A DNA stretch of 62,083 nt from a virus. Lineage: Duplodnaviria; Caudoviricetes. The notes under the pieces are model-generated. The model ran no database searches and was not told the DNA's origin. It saw nothing but the letters and a program-made list of their open reading frames with translations. Positions 1-8,331 of the stretch are shown here, piece by piece. Made by a program: the position numbers and the translations under genes. The DNA lies in the IMG/VR virus record IMGVR_UViG_3300003471_000084, positions 1 through 62,083 of that record; one strand, 5' to 3'. Every line of letters begins with the position of its first letter. The first letter of the stretch is position 1.

Positions 1-388
1 CTATATTTCCACTGCCGGGTTGTCAGTCAGGAACCCATTGACCAGAGTTAAACATTCCGGCAGCTTTTCTTTCATCCATTTAAGCTGCATTGCCAGAAGA
101 TCGCCGGCAGTCTTTCCCACATCGCCTCCAAGGAACTCTATGAAATTACGGATCTCATCAGAATATCGGCAGCCTCCATCCTTAGGTCTTGTGCATTGGT
201 GGCATATATGACAGCTTCCCGCAGACAGACCGATACTTCCTGGGTATTCCTTTTCCAAGGCCTGTATTTTTTTTGACAGAACATCCTTTTCCTTTAAGCA
301 CACTTGATTCATATATTCTTCTATTTCTTTTTTCTCTTTTACTCCGACTCCAGCGGTTTGTTCAAAGATAATCTTTGTTCCTATAATA
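1..388 (-). pseudogene. 3' part of host DUF2284-like metal-binding protein gene interrupted by the prophage
   Basis: Minus strand from the att core reads I-I-G-T-K-I-I-F-E-Q...Y-M-N-Q-V into ORF 1..312 (AGSCHICHQC...CRY motif); stop at 1-3. Confidence 0.85.
381..388. other. att core (left junction) CTATAATA
   Basis: Identical to 61897-61904; crossover restores the host reading frame. Confidence 0.9.
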
Positions 389-494
389 GAAACACATTCT
401 GGTGTCTATATGCAGGAAATCCAGTAAAATAGCCATTTTCAGAAGTGGTTAGGAGTGGTTAAATGTAGAGAAATGTATGTAACTCATATATTAT

Positions 495-530
495 TCCTAC
501 ACCACTCCTACACTTCTATTCCTACACATA
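495..530. repeat. Three TCCTACAC repeats, putative integrase arm-type sites
   Basis: TCCTACAC at 495, 506, 520; also at 61850, inverted at 61820, and as a palindrome at 1823-1849. Confidence 0.7.
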
Positions 531-537
531 TTACACC

Positions 538-1776
538 TTATCTTATTTTTTCAATTTCTTCTTTGAGCCATTTTAACTCTCGATCGGTATAGATCTTTTC
601 GGTAATATCCGATATTTTATGGCCTACTATATATTTGATCGCGTACTCATCAACCTCATATCTTTTAGCAGTCGTTACGAAATGTTTACGCCCATCATGA
701 GGTCTATGTTCCGGATTCAAGTTCAACTCATCGCGAATCCGATCAAATACATTTTTATATCGGCTATAAGTCAACTTGGTATTCTTTCGATTGCTATTTT
801 CATCAACATAATTTAGTAAGTATTTGCTTCCCAACTCCTGGGCCTCTTTATATTTTCTCTCCACAAGAGATTTAATACGAGAATGAATTGGAACAACTCT
901 ATCGGTTCCAGCGTCGGTTTTTATACCTCCGCTAAATGTTTCTTTTTCCAAATCAACATTAGCGAGTTCGATTAAACCGAGTTCTTGAGGTCTCCATCCA
1001 GAATAGCATTGAATAAGCACATCGTCAATAAAACGCTTATCATTTACATGCTGCCAAAGCAGTTCCATTTCTGCATCACTGAATGGTATATGCTCCTTCT
1101 TGACCGTCTGAATTTCTTTAATCGTTTCATCGGACAGAGTAAAGGTTCTGGAGTAGTTCCGATCTACGAGTTCATATTCCACGGCATAATCGAGCATTTG
1201 GTTAAACAGTGTTTTGATCTTGTTTTTCATAGAGGCATTTGGAGTTTGCTCTTTACCTTTAACTACGGCTTTACCTTCTTCCATACATCCCTTTATGTGC
1301 CGGGCTCTAATATCGACAACTCTCATATTGTAAATAGCCGTACAATATCTCCAAGCATCTTCAGTTCCTCGTTGACTGGATTCCCCAATTGTCTTGAAGT
1401 ATTCTACAGTCCATTTGTCGTAGAGCTCCTGAGCTGTAATCGACGGATTCAAATCATACGGATTCTTGTTATATTCGACCAAGGCTGTATATGCGTCATT
1501 ATATGTCGGAAAGTAGGATTCCGGTTTAAGAGGCTTGCAAATCGGCTTCCCTTTATCTGTTTTCCCAACCGTAACCATTGCCCGAAAAGGGTTTCGAAGG
1601 TTGCGGTTTTTTATTTCACTAATTTGGCCAAATCCATTTGGCAGCCTTCTTCTCTTGTTGTTGGTTTTACGAGGTTTCCTTGAGGATGCGTTTTCCTGCA
1701 TAGGATAACCACAATGAGGACAAGACAAAGCCTTATCACTAACCTGTAATTCACATTCGAGGCATTTAATTAACAT
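538..1776 (-). CDS. int: Tyrosine integrase with N-terminal zinc ribbon
   Basis: Catalytic R (SGWRPQEL), HDGRKH, VGH, Y (KIYT); N-terminal CLEC...CPHC; adjacent to att. Confidence 0.95.
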   Translation of the reverse strand: MLIKCLECELQVSDKALSCPHCGYPMQENASSRKPRKTNNKRRRLPNGFGQISEIKNRNLRNPFRAMVTVGKTDKGKPICKPLKPESYFPTYNDAYTALVEYNKNPYDLNPSITAQELYDKWTVEYFKTIGESSQRGTEDAWRYCTAIYNMRVVDIRARHIKGCMEEGKAVVKGKEQTPNASMKNKIKTLFNQMLDYAVEYELVDRNYSRTFTLSDETIKEIQTVKKEHIPFSDAEMELLWQHVNDKRFIDDVLIQCYSGWRPQELGLIELANVDLEKETFSGGIKTDAGTDRVVPIHSRIKSLVERKYKEAQELGSKYLLNYVDENSNRKNTKLTYSRYKNVFDRIRDELNLNPEHRPHDGRKHFVTTAKRYEVDEYAIKYIVGHKISDITEKIYTDRELKWLKEEIEKIR

Positions 1777-1822
1777 GATTTTCCTCCTTTCCGTTGATTT
1801 ACCATTAGTAATAATATATCAT

Positions 1823-1849
1823 AGTGTAGGAATTGTCAACTCCTACACT
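1823..1849. promoter_or_regulatory. Palindrome AGTGTAGGA-N9-TCCTACACT between integrase and first early gene
   Basis: Perfect 9-bp inverted repeat built from the arm-site motif. Confidence 0.6.
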
Positions 1850-1866
1850 TAAATTTTTTTTTGGTA

Positions 1867-1883
1867 TTTTTAACCTAGAATAG
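1867..1883 (+). promoter_or_regulatory. 17-bp repeat TTTTTAACCTAGAATAG (copy 1)
   Basis: Identical copy at 2235-2251; inverted partial copy TTCTAGGTTA at 3402-3411; contains -10-like TAGAAT; both full copies precede genes. Confidence 0.6.
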
Positions 1884-1896
1884 ACGAGGCCGATAT

Positions 1897-2214
1897 ATGA
1901 TTAATAATGATGAATCAACCTGTCCCGTTTGTGGCGGGAACTTGAAGTATTACGACAAAGTTAAAAGAATTGTACGGACAAAAAATCAGGTCGTTAATTA
2001 TATCCAAATACGCAGGTTCCAATGTGAAAAGTGCTGCGCCGTACATAGAGAGATTCCAGAAGAGCTCCTTCCTTATAAGCAATACGAGGCCGAGATTATA
2101 TTTGGAGTAATCGAAGGTTTAATAACCTGTGAGACTCTCGGTTTTGAAGATTGCCCCTGTGAGATGACCATGAATCGATGGCGCTCTCAGAAAATTCGAC
2201 TCATTTCCACTTGA
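1897..2214 (+). CDS. Zinc-ribbon protein (DUF6431-like)
   Basis: CPVC...CEKC, LLPYKQY motif. Confidence 0.6.
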   Translation: MINNDESTCPVCGGNLKYYDKVKRIVRTKNQVVNYIQIRRFQCEKCCAVHREIPEELLPYKQYEAEIIFGVIEGLITCETLGFEDCPCEMTMNRWRSQKIRLIST

Positions 2215-2234
2215 GTTGTTTTAACAAACAGCAG

Positions 2235-2251
2235 TTTTTAACCTAGAATAG
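2235..2251 (+). promoter_or_regulatory. 17-bp repeat TTTTTAACCTAGAATAG (copy 2)
   Basis: Identical to 1867-1883; upstream of the RBS of 2275. Confidence 0.6.
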
Positions 2252-2274
2252 CCTCTAGAAGGAGGTGGAAGCAA

Positions 2275-2523
2275 ATGGATGTGGATTTTGCAAAAGGTTC
2301 GGTCCCAGTATGTGTCGCCGCCAGGATATATGGAAAAGACGCTTCTTGGGTTCGAGCCGGCATTATATCTGGATGGTTGCCAATTGGAAAAGCAACCAGA
2401 AACGGTAAACTTGTGACGAATGTTGATGACATGAACTCGAAGCTTGGACGGATTAACTTTTATATTTCCCCGAAATTGCTTTGGGAGGAAACAGGATACA
2501 TATGGAAAGGAGAGAAGCGCTAA
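2275..2523 (+). CDS. Small HTH-like DNA-binding protein, possible excisionase/regulator
   Basis: Strong RBS GGAGG; VCVAARIYGKDASWVR helix-turn-helix-like segment; near integrase. Confidence 0.5.
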   Translation: MDVDFAKGSVPVCVAARIYGKDASWVRAGIISGWLPIGKATRNGKLVTNVDDMNSKLGRINFYISPKLLWEETGYIWKGEKR

Positions 2524-2943
2524 ATGGGAACCGTAATACGCCCAGAATTGTCTGGTAAAAACAAGTATTTTATTGAGAAACACCGCTACTATGAGCTGAA
2601 ACATTTTTGCTTGCAGTATTCGATTTGGAAAAAAGCCTATGCTGCCTTAGACGGTTTGAGTAATCGCCCTTTCGATTTGGCGATTCTCTCCAGAACAAAT
2701 GTCATAAGCGACCCAACTGCTAAGTGTGCTGAAGCTAAGATGTTTTATTCTGAAAGAATTGAACTGATCGAGCGAGTTGCCGTCGAAGCTGCTGAGGACC
2801 TATCGAGTTATATTTTAAGAGGCGTTACCGAAGAGGCTTCGTACGACCACCTTAAAGCTAGATTAGATATTCCATGTTGCAGAGACGTCTACTACACCTT
2901 ATACAGAAGATTCTTTTGGTTGTTAAATAAGGAGAGAAAGTGA
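2524..2943 (+). CDS. Putative ArpU/RinA-like transcriptional regulator
   Basis: Size and C-terminal YYTLYRRFFWLL segment resemble phage activators. Confidence 0.45.
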   Translation: MGTVIRPELSGKNKYFIEKHRYYELKHFCLQYSIWKKAYAALDGLSNRPFDLAILSRTNVISDPTAKCAEAKMFYSERIELIERVAVEAAEDLSSYILRGVTEEASYDHLKARLDIPCCRDVYYTLYRRFFWLLNKERK

Positions 2944-2944
2944 G

Positions 2945-3151
2945 ATGAAGATATTAGGAAAAGCTGTTCGAAAACTGTATCGATTTAATTGTCCGAATTG
3001 CGGGAGCCGGTTAGAAGCCGAGTATCAAGAGATGGAGGATATCGGCGGTAAGATTAATAAGTTCTTCTGCCCCATCTGCCGTAAAGACCGTTTTATCAAT
3101 TGGTCATCTCTAAGTAAGAAAATCGTCTATGAGGATGATGCTCCGCAATAA
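2945..3151 (+). CDS. Small zinc-finger protein
   Basis: CPNC...CPIC. Confidence 0.6.
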   Translation: MKILGKAVRKLYRFNCPNCGSRLEAEYQEMEDIGGKINKFFCPICRKDRFINWSSLSKKIVYEDDAPQ

Positions 3152-3171
3152 TTACACTCCCTATTATGAAA
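3144..3171 (+). promoter_or_regulatory. Phage-specific promoter-like motif CGC-N7-ACA-N4-CTWTWAYGRRR (first of 9 copies)
   Basis: Fixed-spacing copies start at 3144, 3725, 4216, 5053, 5260, 5514, 7692, 9723, 29932, each upstream of a gene or RNA. Confidence 0.75.
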
Positions 3172-3182
3172 GGAGTGGGATT

Positions 3183-3374
3183 ATGGATAAATTAATAGTA
3201 AAACAAGGTATCAGAATGATCGGAGGTCTTGCTATGTTATGCATTGGTGTCCGGCTTATTTATAAGTCTGGTTGTCAACAAGGCGTACTTATAAGCGAGA
3301 TGGTTGTCGAAAAATATGAACCAGAAGCATACGAACGTTTATGTAAAATCGTTACTAATTATAAAAAGGACTGA
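3183..3374 (+). CDS. Small hypothetical protein with one hydrophobic segment
   Basis: RBS AAAGGAG before ATG 3183; followed by hairpin terminator. Confidence 0.65.
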   Translation: MDKLIVKQGIRMIGGLAMLCIGVRLIYKSGCQQGVLISEMVVEKYEPEAYERLCKIVTNYKKD

Positions 3375-3403
3375 GCCCCTAACAAGGGCTCTTTCTTTTT
3401 TTT
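3373..3403 (+). terminator. Rho-independent terminator of the CCTAACAAGG family
   Basis: GAGCCCCT-AACA-AGGGCTC followed by T tract; related hairpins at 5229, 7891 and 10068. Confidence 0.75.
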
Positions 3404-3418
3404 CTAGGTTAGAATCCG

Positions 3419-3448
3419 TACGGAGGTAACAGAAAACTGTGTTATCTT
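3419..3448 (+). promoter_or_regulatory. Second promoter-like motif TAYGNAGGTWACRGAAA..TGnTAT (copy 1 of 3)
   Basis: Aligned gap-free copies at 28306-28335 and 56090-56119; ends in an extended -10-like element. Confidence 0.55.
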
Positions 3449-3510
3449 GATATATGGAAAAATCCCGGGTGGGAAAATTTGAGAAAACTTTTTAAAAAGG
3501 AGGTTGTGCT

Positions 3511-3735
3511 ATGGTGATTTTCATGATCGGAATGTTGACTGGGATGTTGGTTGGTTGTGTCTTGTGGACTCTTATATTAAGGCATAGATCAATTGGATCG
3601 CTACGAGTGGATACTTCAGACCCGGACGATGGTCCATATTTGTTCTTGGAACTATCAAAGAATATTGACGATGTTTATCGGAAGAAGTACATAACTCTAA
3701 AGGTTAATACTCAAAGCTATCTTCCGCATAAATAA
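3511..3735 (+). CDS. Small membrane-anchored hypothetical protein
   Basis: RBS AAGGAGG; N-terminal TM helix. Confidence 0.7.
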   Translation: MVIFMIGMLTGMLVGCVLWTLILRHRSIGSLRVDTSDPDDGPYLFLELSKNIDDVYRKKYITLKVNTQSYLPHK

Positions 3736-3778
3736 CAGCTCCTTTTATGGAACTGAATATTTTGAAAGGAGAACAACA

Positions 3779-4165
3779 ATGGAAGAAATCAAAAGTTTGT
3801 TAGAGGAGGAGATTAAGCTGGAAATTCAAAGCTTGGCCTCTCTTCAACCAGGAAGCGATGAAAAATCAACAGCCATTGACGACCTTGCTAAGCTCTATAA
3901 GCTGAATCTCGATCAGGCCAAAGCGCAATGGGAAATTAATGAGAAGTACGACTGCCGCGATAGCGAAGTACAACTCAAAAAGGACCAGTTAACCGAACAG
4001 GTCAAAGATCGATATTTTAGATTGGGGATTGAAGCAGCGGGAATCATACTACCGTTGATATTCTATGCTTGCTGGATGAGAAGAGGGTTCAAGTTTGAGG
4101 AAAACGGAACTTATACTTCCACGACATTCAGAGGATTGTTCAATCGTTTTAAACCTACGAAGTAA
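3779..4165 (+). CDS. Hypothetical protein with C-terminal TM segment
   Basis: RBS TTGAAAGGAGAA; preceded by promoter motif at 3725; followed by hairpin 4177-4215. Confidence 0.7.
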   Translation: MEEIKSLLEEEIKLEIQSLASLQPGSDEKSTAIDDLAKLYKLNLDQAKAQWEINEKYDCRDSEVQLKKDQLTEQVKDRYFRLGIEAAGIILPLIFYACWMRRGFKFEENGTYTSTTFRGLFNRFKPTK

Positions 4166-4266
4166 TCGTTTATAAACGAGGAGTCCGTGTAAATTACATA
4201 GGCTCTTCGTTTTTTCGCGTTAATAACATGGGCTTTTACGGAACGGAGTAAAAAGCTTTTTATCTC

Positions 4267-4296
4267 TTGACTTAATGCCGGGGAGTATCGTATAAT
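4267..4296 (+). promoter_or_regulatory. Sigma-A type promoter TTGACT-N18-TATAAT
   Basis: Near-consensus hexamers upstream of 4334. Confidence 0.7.
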
Positions 4297-4333
4297 ATAT
4301 GATTACTTTCCGAGTTAACAAGGAGGTAATGAT

Positions 4334-4627
4334 ATGGGCTTATTTAAGTTCGGTAAAAAGGAAGAGACAATTAACAACTCGATGGAGAATGGTTATAACG
4401 ACGTCCCTGATTACGCCGGATATAATCCCGATTGCCCTCAGTGTGGGGCGACTATGAGGTATAGTTATAATAAATCGGAATTTAGGTGTTTTGAATGTAA
4501 TCATGTAATGGACGAGGATGATTGGGACCATCAGAGCGAAGACTCGGGCGGTATGCCGTTTGTGTGCTCTACTTGCGGCGGGCCGTGGCCGAGCTGTCAA
4601 ACAAGTTGTAAAATGTTTGACGAGTAG
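4334..4627 (+). CDS. Cys-rich zinc-binding protein, moron-like
   Basis: CPQC, CFEC, CSTC, CQTSC; own host-type promoter and terminator hairpin 4645-4680. Confidence 0.7.
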   Translation: MGLFKFGKKEETINNSMENGYNDVPDYAGYNPDCPQCGATMRYSYNKSEFRCFECNHVMDEDDWDHQSEDSGGMPFVCSTCGGPWPSCQTSCKMFDE

Positions 4628-4691
4628 CAACATATTAAAAAAAGAAAGTCTATGTCTACATGGCATGGGCTTTTTTCTTTTGGAGAGAACT

Positions 4692-5051
4692 ATGCGATAT
4701 CACTATGAAAAGCCTGACATTTATGCCTCCATGTACGGAAAACTTTATATTTGTGAACATCCAGTTTATAGCGCCTGTACGCTATTTGAGATAGAAGATA
4801 AAGGCTTAGCAGTGATTCAGCAGCGTTTCGATTCCGATACAAAGAGTACATGGTGGTGCGAACTGGACCCTTGGTTGACGGATGACTTATACGTTCATCC
4901 CGGATTCAAGGAATATTTTGACCAACGTGCTAGAGAGTGTACGGACGGGTTATACCCTACCGTTACGGTCAGACAAATTATGTGGGCGTTAAAAATAAAA
5001 CCAATTCCTAAAGAACGGTGGGAGACAGTGTTTGATAGACGTGATATTTAA
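4692..5051 (+). CDS. Hypothetical phage protein
   Basis: RBS GGAG before ATG 4692 within ORF 4518..5051. Confidence 0.65.
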   Translation: MRYHYEKPDIYASMYGKLYICEHPVYSACTLFEIEDKGLAVIQQRFDSDTKSTWWCELDPWLTDDLYVHPGFKEYFDQRARECTDGLYPTVTVRQIMWALKIKPIPKERWETVFDRRDI

Positions 5052-5094
5052 GCGCAGATTTTACATTCCCTATTATGGAAGGATGGTGTATCTA

Positions 5095-5241
5095 ATGAAT
5101 AAGACGAAACTGATGTTAAAATGGCAAATGTTTATTGGTATGGCTAAGAAAAGAGGCGCTACCGAGGAGGAATTGTCCGTTTTAGTAAAAGCGGCTGATT
5201 TGATCAGAAAATATTGTCCCGAAATAAAAGAGGAGTCCTAA
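5095..5241 (+). CDS. Small hypothetical protein
   Basis: Between promoter motif 5053 and terminator 5229. Confidence 0.55.
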   Translation: MNKTKLMLKWQMFIGMAKKRGATEEELSVLVKAADLIRKYCPEIKEES

Positions 5242-5258
5242 CAAGGGCTCTTTCTTTT
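5229..5258 (+). terminator. Terminator, 27 bp identical to 7891-7917
   Basis: AGAGGAGTCCTAACAAGGGCTCTTTCT hairpin plus T tract. Confidence 0.75.
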
Positions 5259-5307
5259 ACGCTAAAATAACAACCTCTATTATGAAAACAATTTAGGAGG
5301 TAATGTT

Positions 5308-5484
5308 ATGAAAATCACCGATATGGTTATATCCGCTATTTTGAAGAAGGGTATTTTATACGAAGCTAGGAATGTAGACACAGATGTTGAAATTCCAATG
5401 GTTATAGAAAATCAGGAACGCAAAATTAAGATTAATATTAAATGTGAACACATGACACTGAGGATTGAAAAGGATGATAAGTAG
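5308..5484 (+). CDS. 58-aa hypothetical protein (MKITDMVISAILKKG...), not in ORF track
   Basis: RBS AGGAGG; between promoter motif 5260 and hairpin 5481-5506. Confidence 0.7.
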   Translation: MKITDMVISAILKKGILYEARNVDTDVEIPMVIENQERKIKINIKCEHMTLRIEKDDK

Positions 5485-5537
5485 GAGGCTTAGGCCTCTT
5501 ACTTTTGCATTTACGCGAAACTTACAAGGACTATTAT

Positions 5538-5616
5538 GAGAAACAGTTAGCTCAGTGGTAAGAGCGCAACACAACCGTTGAGGTCACGGGTTCGAATCCC
5601 GTACAGTTTCTCACCA
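5538..5616 (+). ncRNA. Atypical tRNA-like RNA (10-bp acceptor stem, 14-nt anticodon arm, encoded CCA)
   Basis: D arm GCTC-AGTGGTAA-GAGC; T arm ACGGG-TTCGAAT-CCCGT; 3' ACCA; anticodon arm CAAC-ACAACC-GTTG. Confidence 0.8.
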
Positions 5617-5666
5617 ACTTCTGGAGCTTACAAAGGCTCTTTAATTTTATGAAAGGAGACAGATAC

Positions 5667-6902
5667 ATGGAGAAGCTAATCGAAAAGCTTAACGCTGCAT
5701 CCAGAGCTTATTATAGCGGAACAGGCGAAATCATGTCAGACAAAGAGTTTGATACTCTATATGATGAGTTGAAAAAGCTGGAACATGAGACAGGAATAGT
5801 CTTACCAAATAGCCCGACACGAAATGTTGGGTATGAAGTTGTGTCTTCACTTTCAAAAACGCAACATGAGTATCCTTCCCTGTCTCTGGACAAGACCAAA
5901 GACCGGGATGACATGGTTCGTTGGCTTGGAGATCATCAAGGGGTTTTGTCTTGGAAATTAGATGGTTTAACTGTCATTCTGACTTACGATAACGGTAAGC
6001 TGGTAAAAGCTGCAACTCGTGGTGACGGAAATATTGGCGAGAACATCATCCACAATGCGCTATATTTCAAAGGCGTCCCCCATCGTATTGAGGATAAACG
6101 CCATATTGTTATTCGTGGCGAAGCTGTTATCCAACACGATACGTTTGAACGCATCAATGAATCCCTACCAGGCGATAAGCAATATAAGAATCCTCGAAGC
6201 ATGGTTTCGGGAGCAACAAGACTTCTTGATTCAAAGAAATCTTCCACATACGAAATAATCTTTATCCCCTTCGATTTGGTTAACGCTAGAGAGCTTGGGT
6301 TTGATTGTGTCGTAGAGAGTTTGATGCATATTTCCAGTATTGGAATGACACCTGTCGATTGGACGCCTGTCCGTGATAAGGATATTTCCGAGATTATTGA
6401 CCTCAAAGAACAAGAGGTGAAATTTTTTCCATATTCTACGGACGGCTTGGTTATAGTGTTCGATGATTTGTCTATCTGTGAAAAACTCGGAGCAACAGGT
6501 AAACATCCAAGATATGCAAAAGCTTTTAAATGGCCTGATACTCTTAAAACTACTGTTCTTCGAGGAGTTGATTGGTCAGTGGCAAAGAGCGGATTAATTA
6601 GCCCCGTTGCTATATTTGATCCGGTGGAACTTGAAGGAACTACTGTCAGAAGAGCCGGACTCCATAATCTTAGCATCATGCAAGAGCTAGGTCTCGGAAT
6701 CGGTGACCATATTAAAGTTTACAAAGCCAATATGATAATTCCTCAGATTTATGAGGATGTCGAGAAGACAACCAACATCCCTATTCCAACCGTATGCCCA
6801 GCGTGCGGTTCAGAGATAGAACGTCGAATTGGTGCAAATGGGAGGTCGGAATTCCTATATTGCATAAACAAGTCTTGCTCAGCGAAAGGAGAAAATAAAT
6901 GA
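5667..6902 (+). CDS. ligA: NAD-dependent DNA ligase, short form without HhH/BRCT
   Basis: AYY...SDKEFD (domain Ia), KLDG adenylation motif, TRGDG, OB fold, C-x2-C...C-x4-C zinc finger at the C-terminus. Confidence 0.9.
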   Translation: MEKLIEKLNAASRAYYSGTGEIMSDKEFDTLYDELKKLEHETGIVLPNSPTRNVGYEVVSSLSKTQHEYPSLSLDKTKDRDDMVRWLGDHQGVLSWKLDGLTVILTYDNGKLVKAATRGDGNIGENIIHNALYFKGVPHRIEDKRHIVIRGEAVIQHDTFERINESLPGDKQYKNPRSMVSGATRLLDSKKSSTYEIIFIPFDLVNARELGFDCVVESLMHISSIGMTPVDWTPVRDKDISEIIDLKEQEVKFFPYSTDGLVIVFDDLSICEKLGATGKHPRYAKAFKWPDTLKTTVLRGVDWSVAKSGLISPVAIFDPVELEGTTVRRAGLHNLSIMQELGLGIGDHIKVYKANMIIPQIYEDVEKTTNIPIPTVCPACGSEIERRIGANGRSEFLYCINKSCSAKGENK

Positions 6903-7684
6903 AAGGAATGCAAAAACTGTTCTACAGATCGACGCTATATTTTAAGCGTCATACTTCTACCATCCTAACCTGCATTGGTGCGGCCGGGGTGGTAGCAACT
7001 GCCGTAATGGCGGTAAAGGCGACTCCAAAGGCTATTCATCTTTTGGAGGAGGCTACAGACGAAAAAGGTGAAGAACTCACCAAACTGGAGGTTGTCTGTG
7101 TGGCAGGTCCGGTTTATATTCCGGCAGCCGCTGTTGGACTATCGACTATAGTCTGTATATTTGGGGCGAATGTCCTGAACCATCGGAATCAGGCAACATT
7201 GACAAGTGCCTATGCTATGTTGGACCAATCATTCAAACGATATCGAGAGGCTGCTAAGTCGGTCTACGGCGAAGATGCCGACTCTCGAATTAGGGCCGAA
7301 GTTGCTAAAAAGATTTCTGTTTATGACCCAGCATTCGGATATTCTGTCTTGAATGAGGATGCAGAGGAAAATGAAAGATTGTTCTATGACAGTTTCTCTC
7401 AGCGATATTTCTCATCGACGATGGCCTCGGTATTAAACGCTCAATACCATTTGAATCGAAACTTCGCTTTACGTGGTTGGGTTGATGTCAACGAGTTTTA
7501 TGAGTTTCTTGGACTCGAAGAGATCAATGGATGTGACGCCATTGGATGGTCGAGCGATGAGATGCTCGAAGGTGGGTTAATGCCTTGGGTTGATTTCAAC
7601 AATGAACTCGTCAAGATGGACGACGGGTTGGAGTGTTATATCGTATCGCCCTGTTGGGAACCGACCGTAATCGCCGTTGAATAA
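6899..7684 (+). CDS. DUF6353-like phage protein, paralog 1
   Basis: KRHTSTILTCIGAAGVVATAVMAVKATPK and NEFYEFLG motifs shared with 8949 and 10964. Confidence 0.75.
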   Translation: MKGMQKLFYRSTLYFKRHTSTILTCIGAAGVVATAVMAVKATPKAIHLLEEATDEKGEELTKLEVVCVAGPVYIPAAAVGLSTIVCIFGANVLNHRNQATLTSAYAMLDQSFKRYREAAKSVYGEDADSRIRAEVAKKISVYDPAFGYSVLNEDAEENERLFYDSFSQRYFSSTMASVLNAQYHLNRNFALRGWVDVNEFYEFLGLEEINGCDAIGWSSDEMLEGGLMPWVDFNNELVKMDDGLECYIVSPCWEPTVIAVE

Positions 7685-7735
7685 GCAAGTACGCATAAAT
7701 CACAAACACTATTATGAAAGGGAGGTGATTGCTTT

Positions 7736-7903
7736 ATGAACAGTAAATGGATTAAAGTTCTCGGAATTGTCGCAACTGCGATCGGAATGGGTGCAACACT
7801 CTTGACCGATTGGGTTAATGACAAGAAGACGGATGAAAAGATCGAAGAAAAAGTCAACGAAGCGCTTGCTAAACAGGCAAATAGAAATGGAGAGGAGTCC
7901 TAA
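7736..7903 (+). CDS. 55-aa small membrane protein (MNSKWIKVLGIVATAIGMG...), not in ORF track
   Basis: RBS GGGAGGTGA after promoter motif 7692; stop lies in terminator 7891-7917. Confidence 0.7.
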   Translation: MNSKWIKVLGIVATAIGMGATLLTDWVNDKKTDEKIEEKVNEALAKQANRNGEES

Positions 7904-8294
7904 CAAGGGCTCTTTCTATTTGCGCGAAAGGAGGGAGGCGGTCCGAATCCGTAACAATGAAATGTGTGACATAGCGATTTCTGTCATCAGCGAGTACATA
8001 AATAAACACTTTCCAGAAGATCCAGATCCAAAGTATCTGGAAGAATGCTTCGAAAATCAGAGCTATGCGAAGTGGGCGGCTTACGAATTGATCGATCGTC
8101 TTAACGCTGAAGCGGAAAGACTGCCTCCACATATCACAGAGTCATGGCGAGAACCTATACCACCGGTTGACATCATCGCAAGTTTCTTAGATGAAATCGA
8201 GTGCTGCATATACGAAGGATGCAATGAAAAACTCGAACACATCTTAACCATTGCCAAGGACGTTGGTGATGAGCTTATACTACTATTTTTGTAA
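7818..8294 (+). CDS. Hypothetical protein (true start probably near 7945-7962)
   Basis: ORF with strong RBS at 7929-7938; 5' part overlaps the upstream gene and terminator. Confidence 0.55.
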   Translation: MTRRRMKRSKKKSTKRLLNRQIEMERSPNKGSFYLRERREAVRIRNNEMCDIAISVISEYINKHFPEDPDPKYLEECFENQSYAKWAAYELIDRLNAEAERLPPHITESWREPIPPVDIIASFLDEIECCIYEGCNEKLEHILTIAKDVGDELILLFL

Positions 8295-8331
8295 CATCAA
8301 CTAAAGTTCTAAATTTGAAAGGAGAAAAATC

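Noticed and set aside
985-1683. 232-aa plus-strand ORF opposite the integrase
   Set aside because: Antisense shadow with no recognisable motif
1897-2214. Transposase / IS element
   Set aside because: Only a zinc ribbon; no DDE domain or terminal inverted repeats
5538-5616. Functional decoding tRNA or tRNA-derived att site
   Set aside because: Anticodon loop is 6 nt without U33, so no anticodon can be assigned; the att core lies elsewhere
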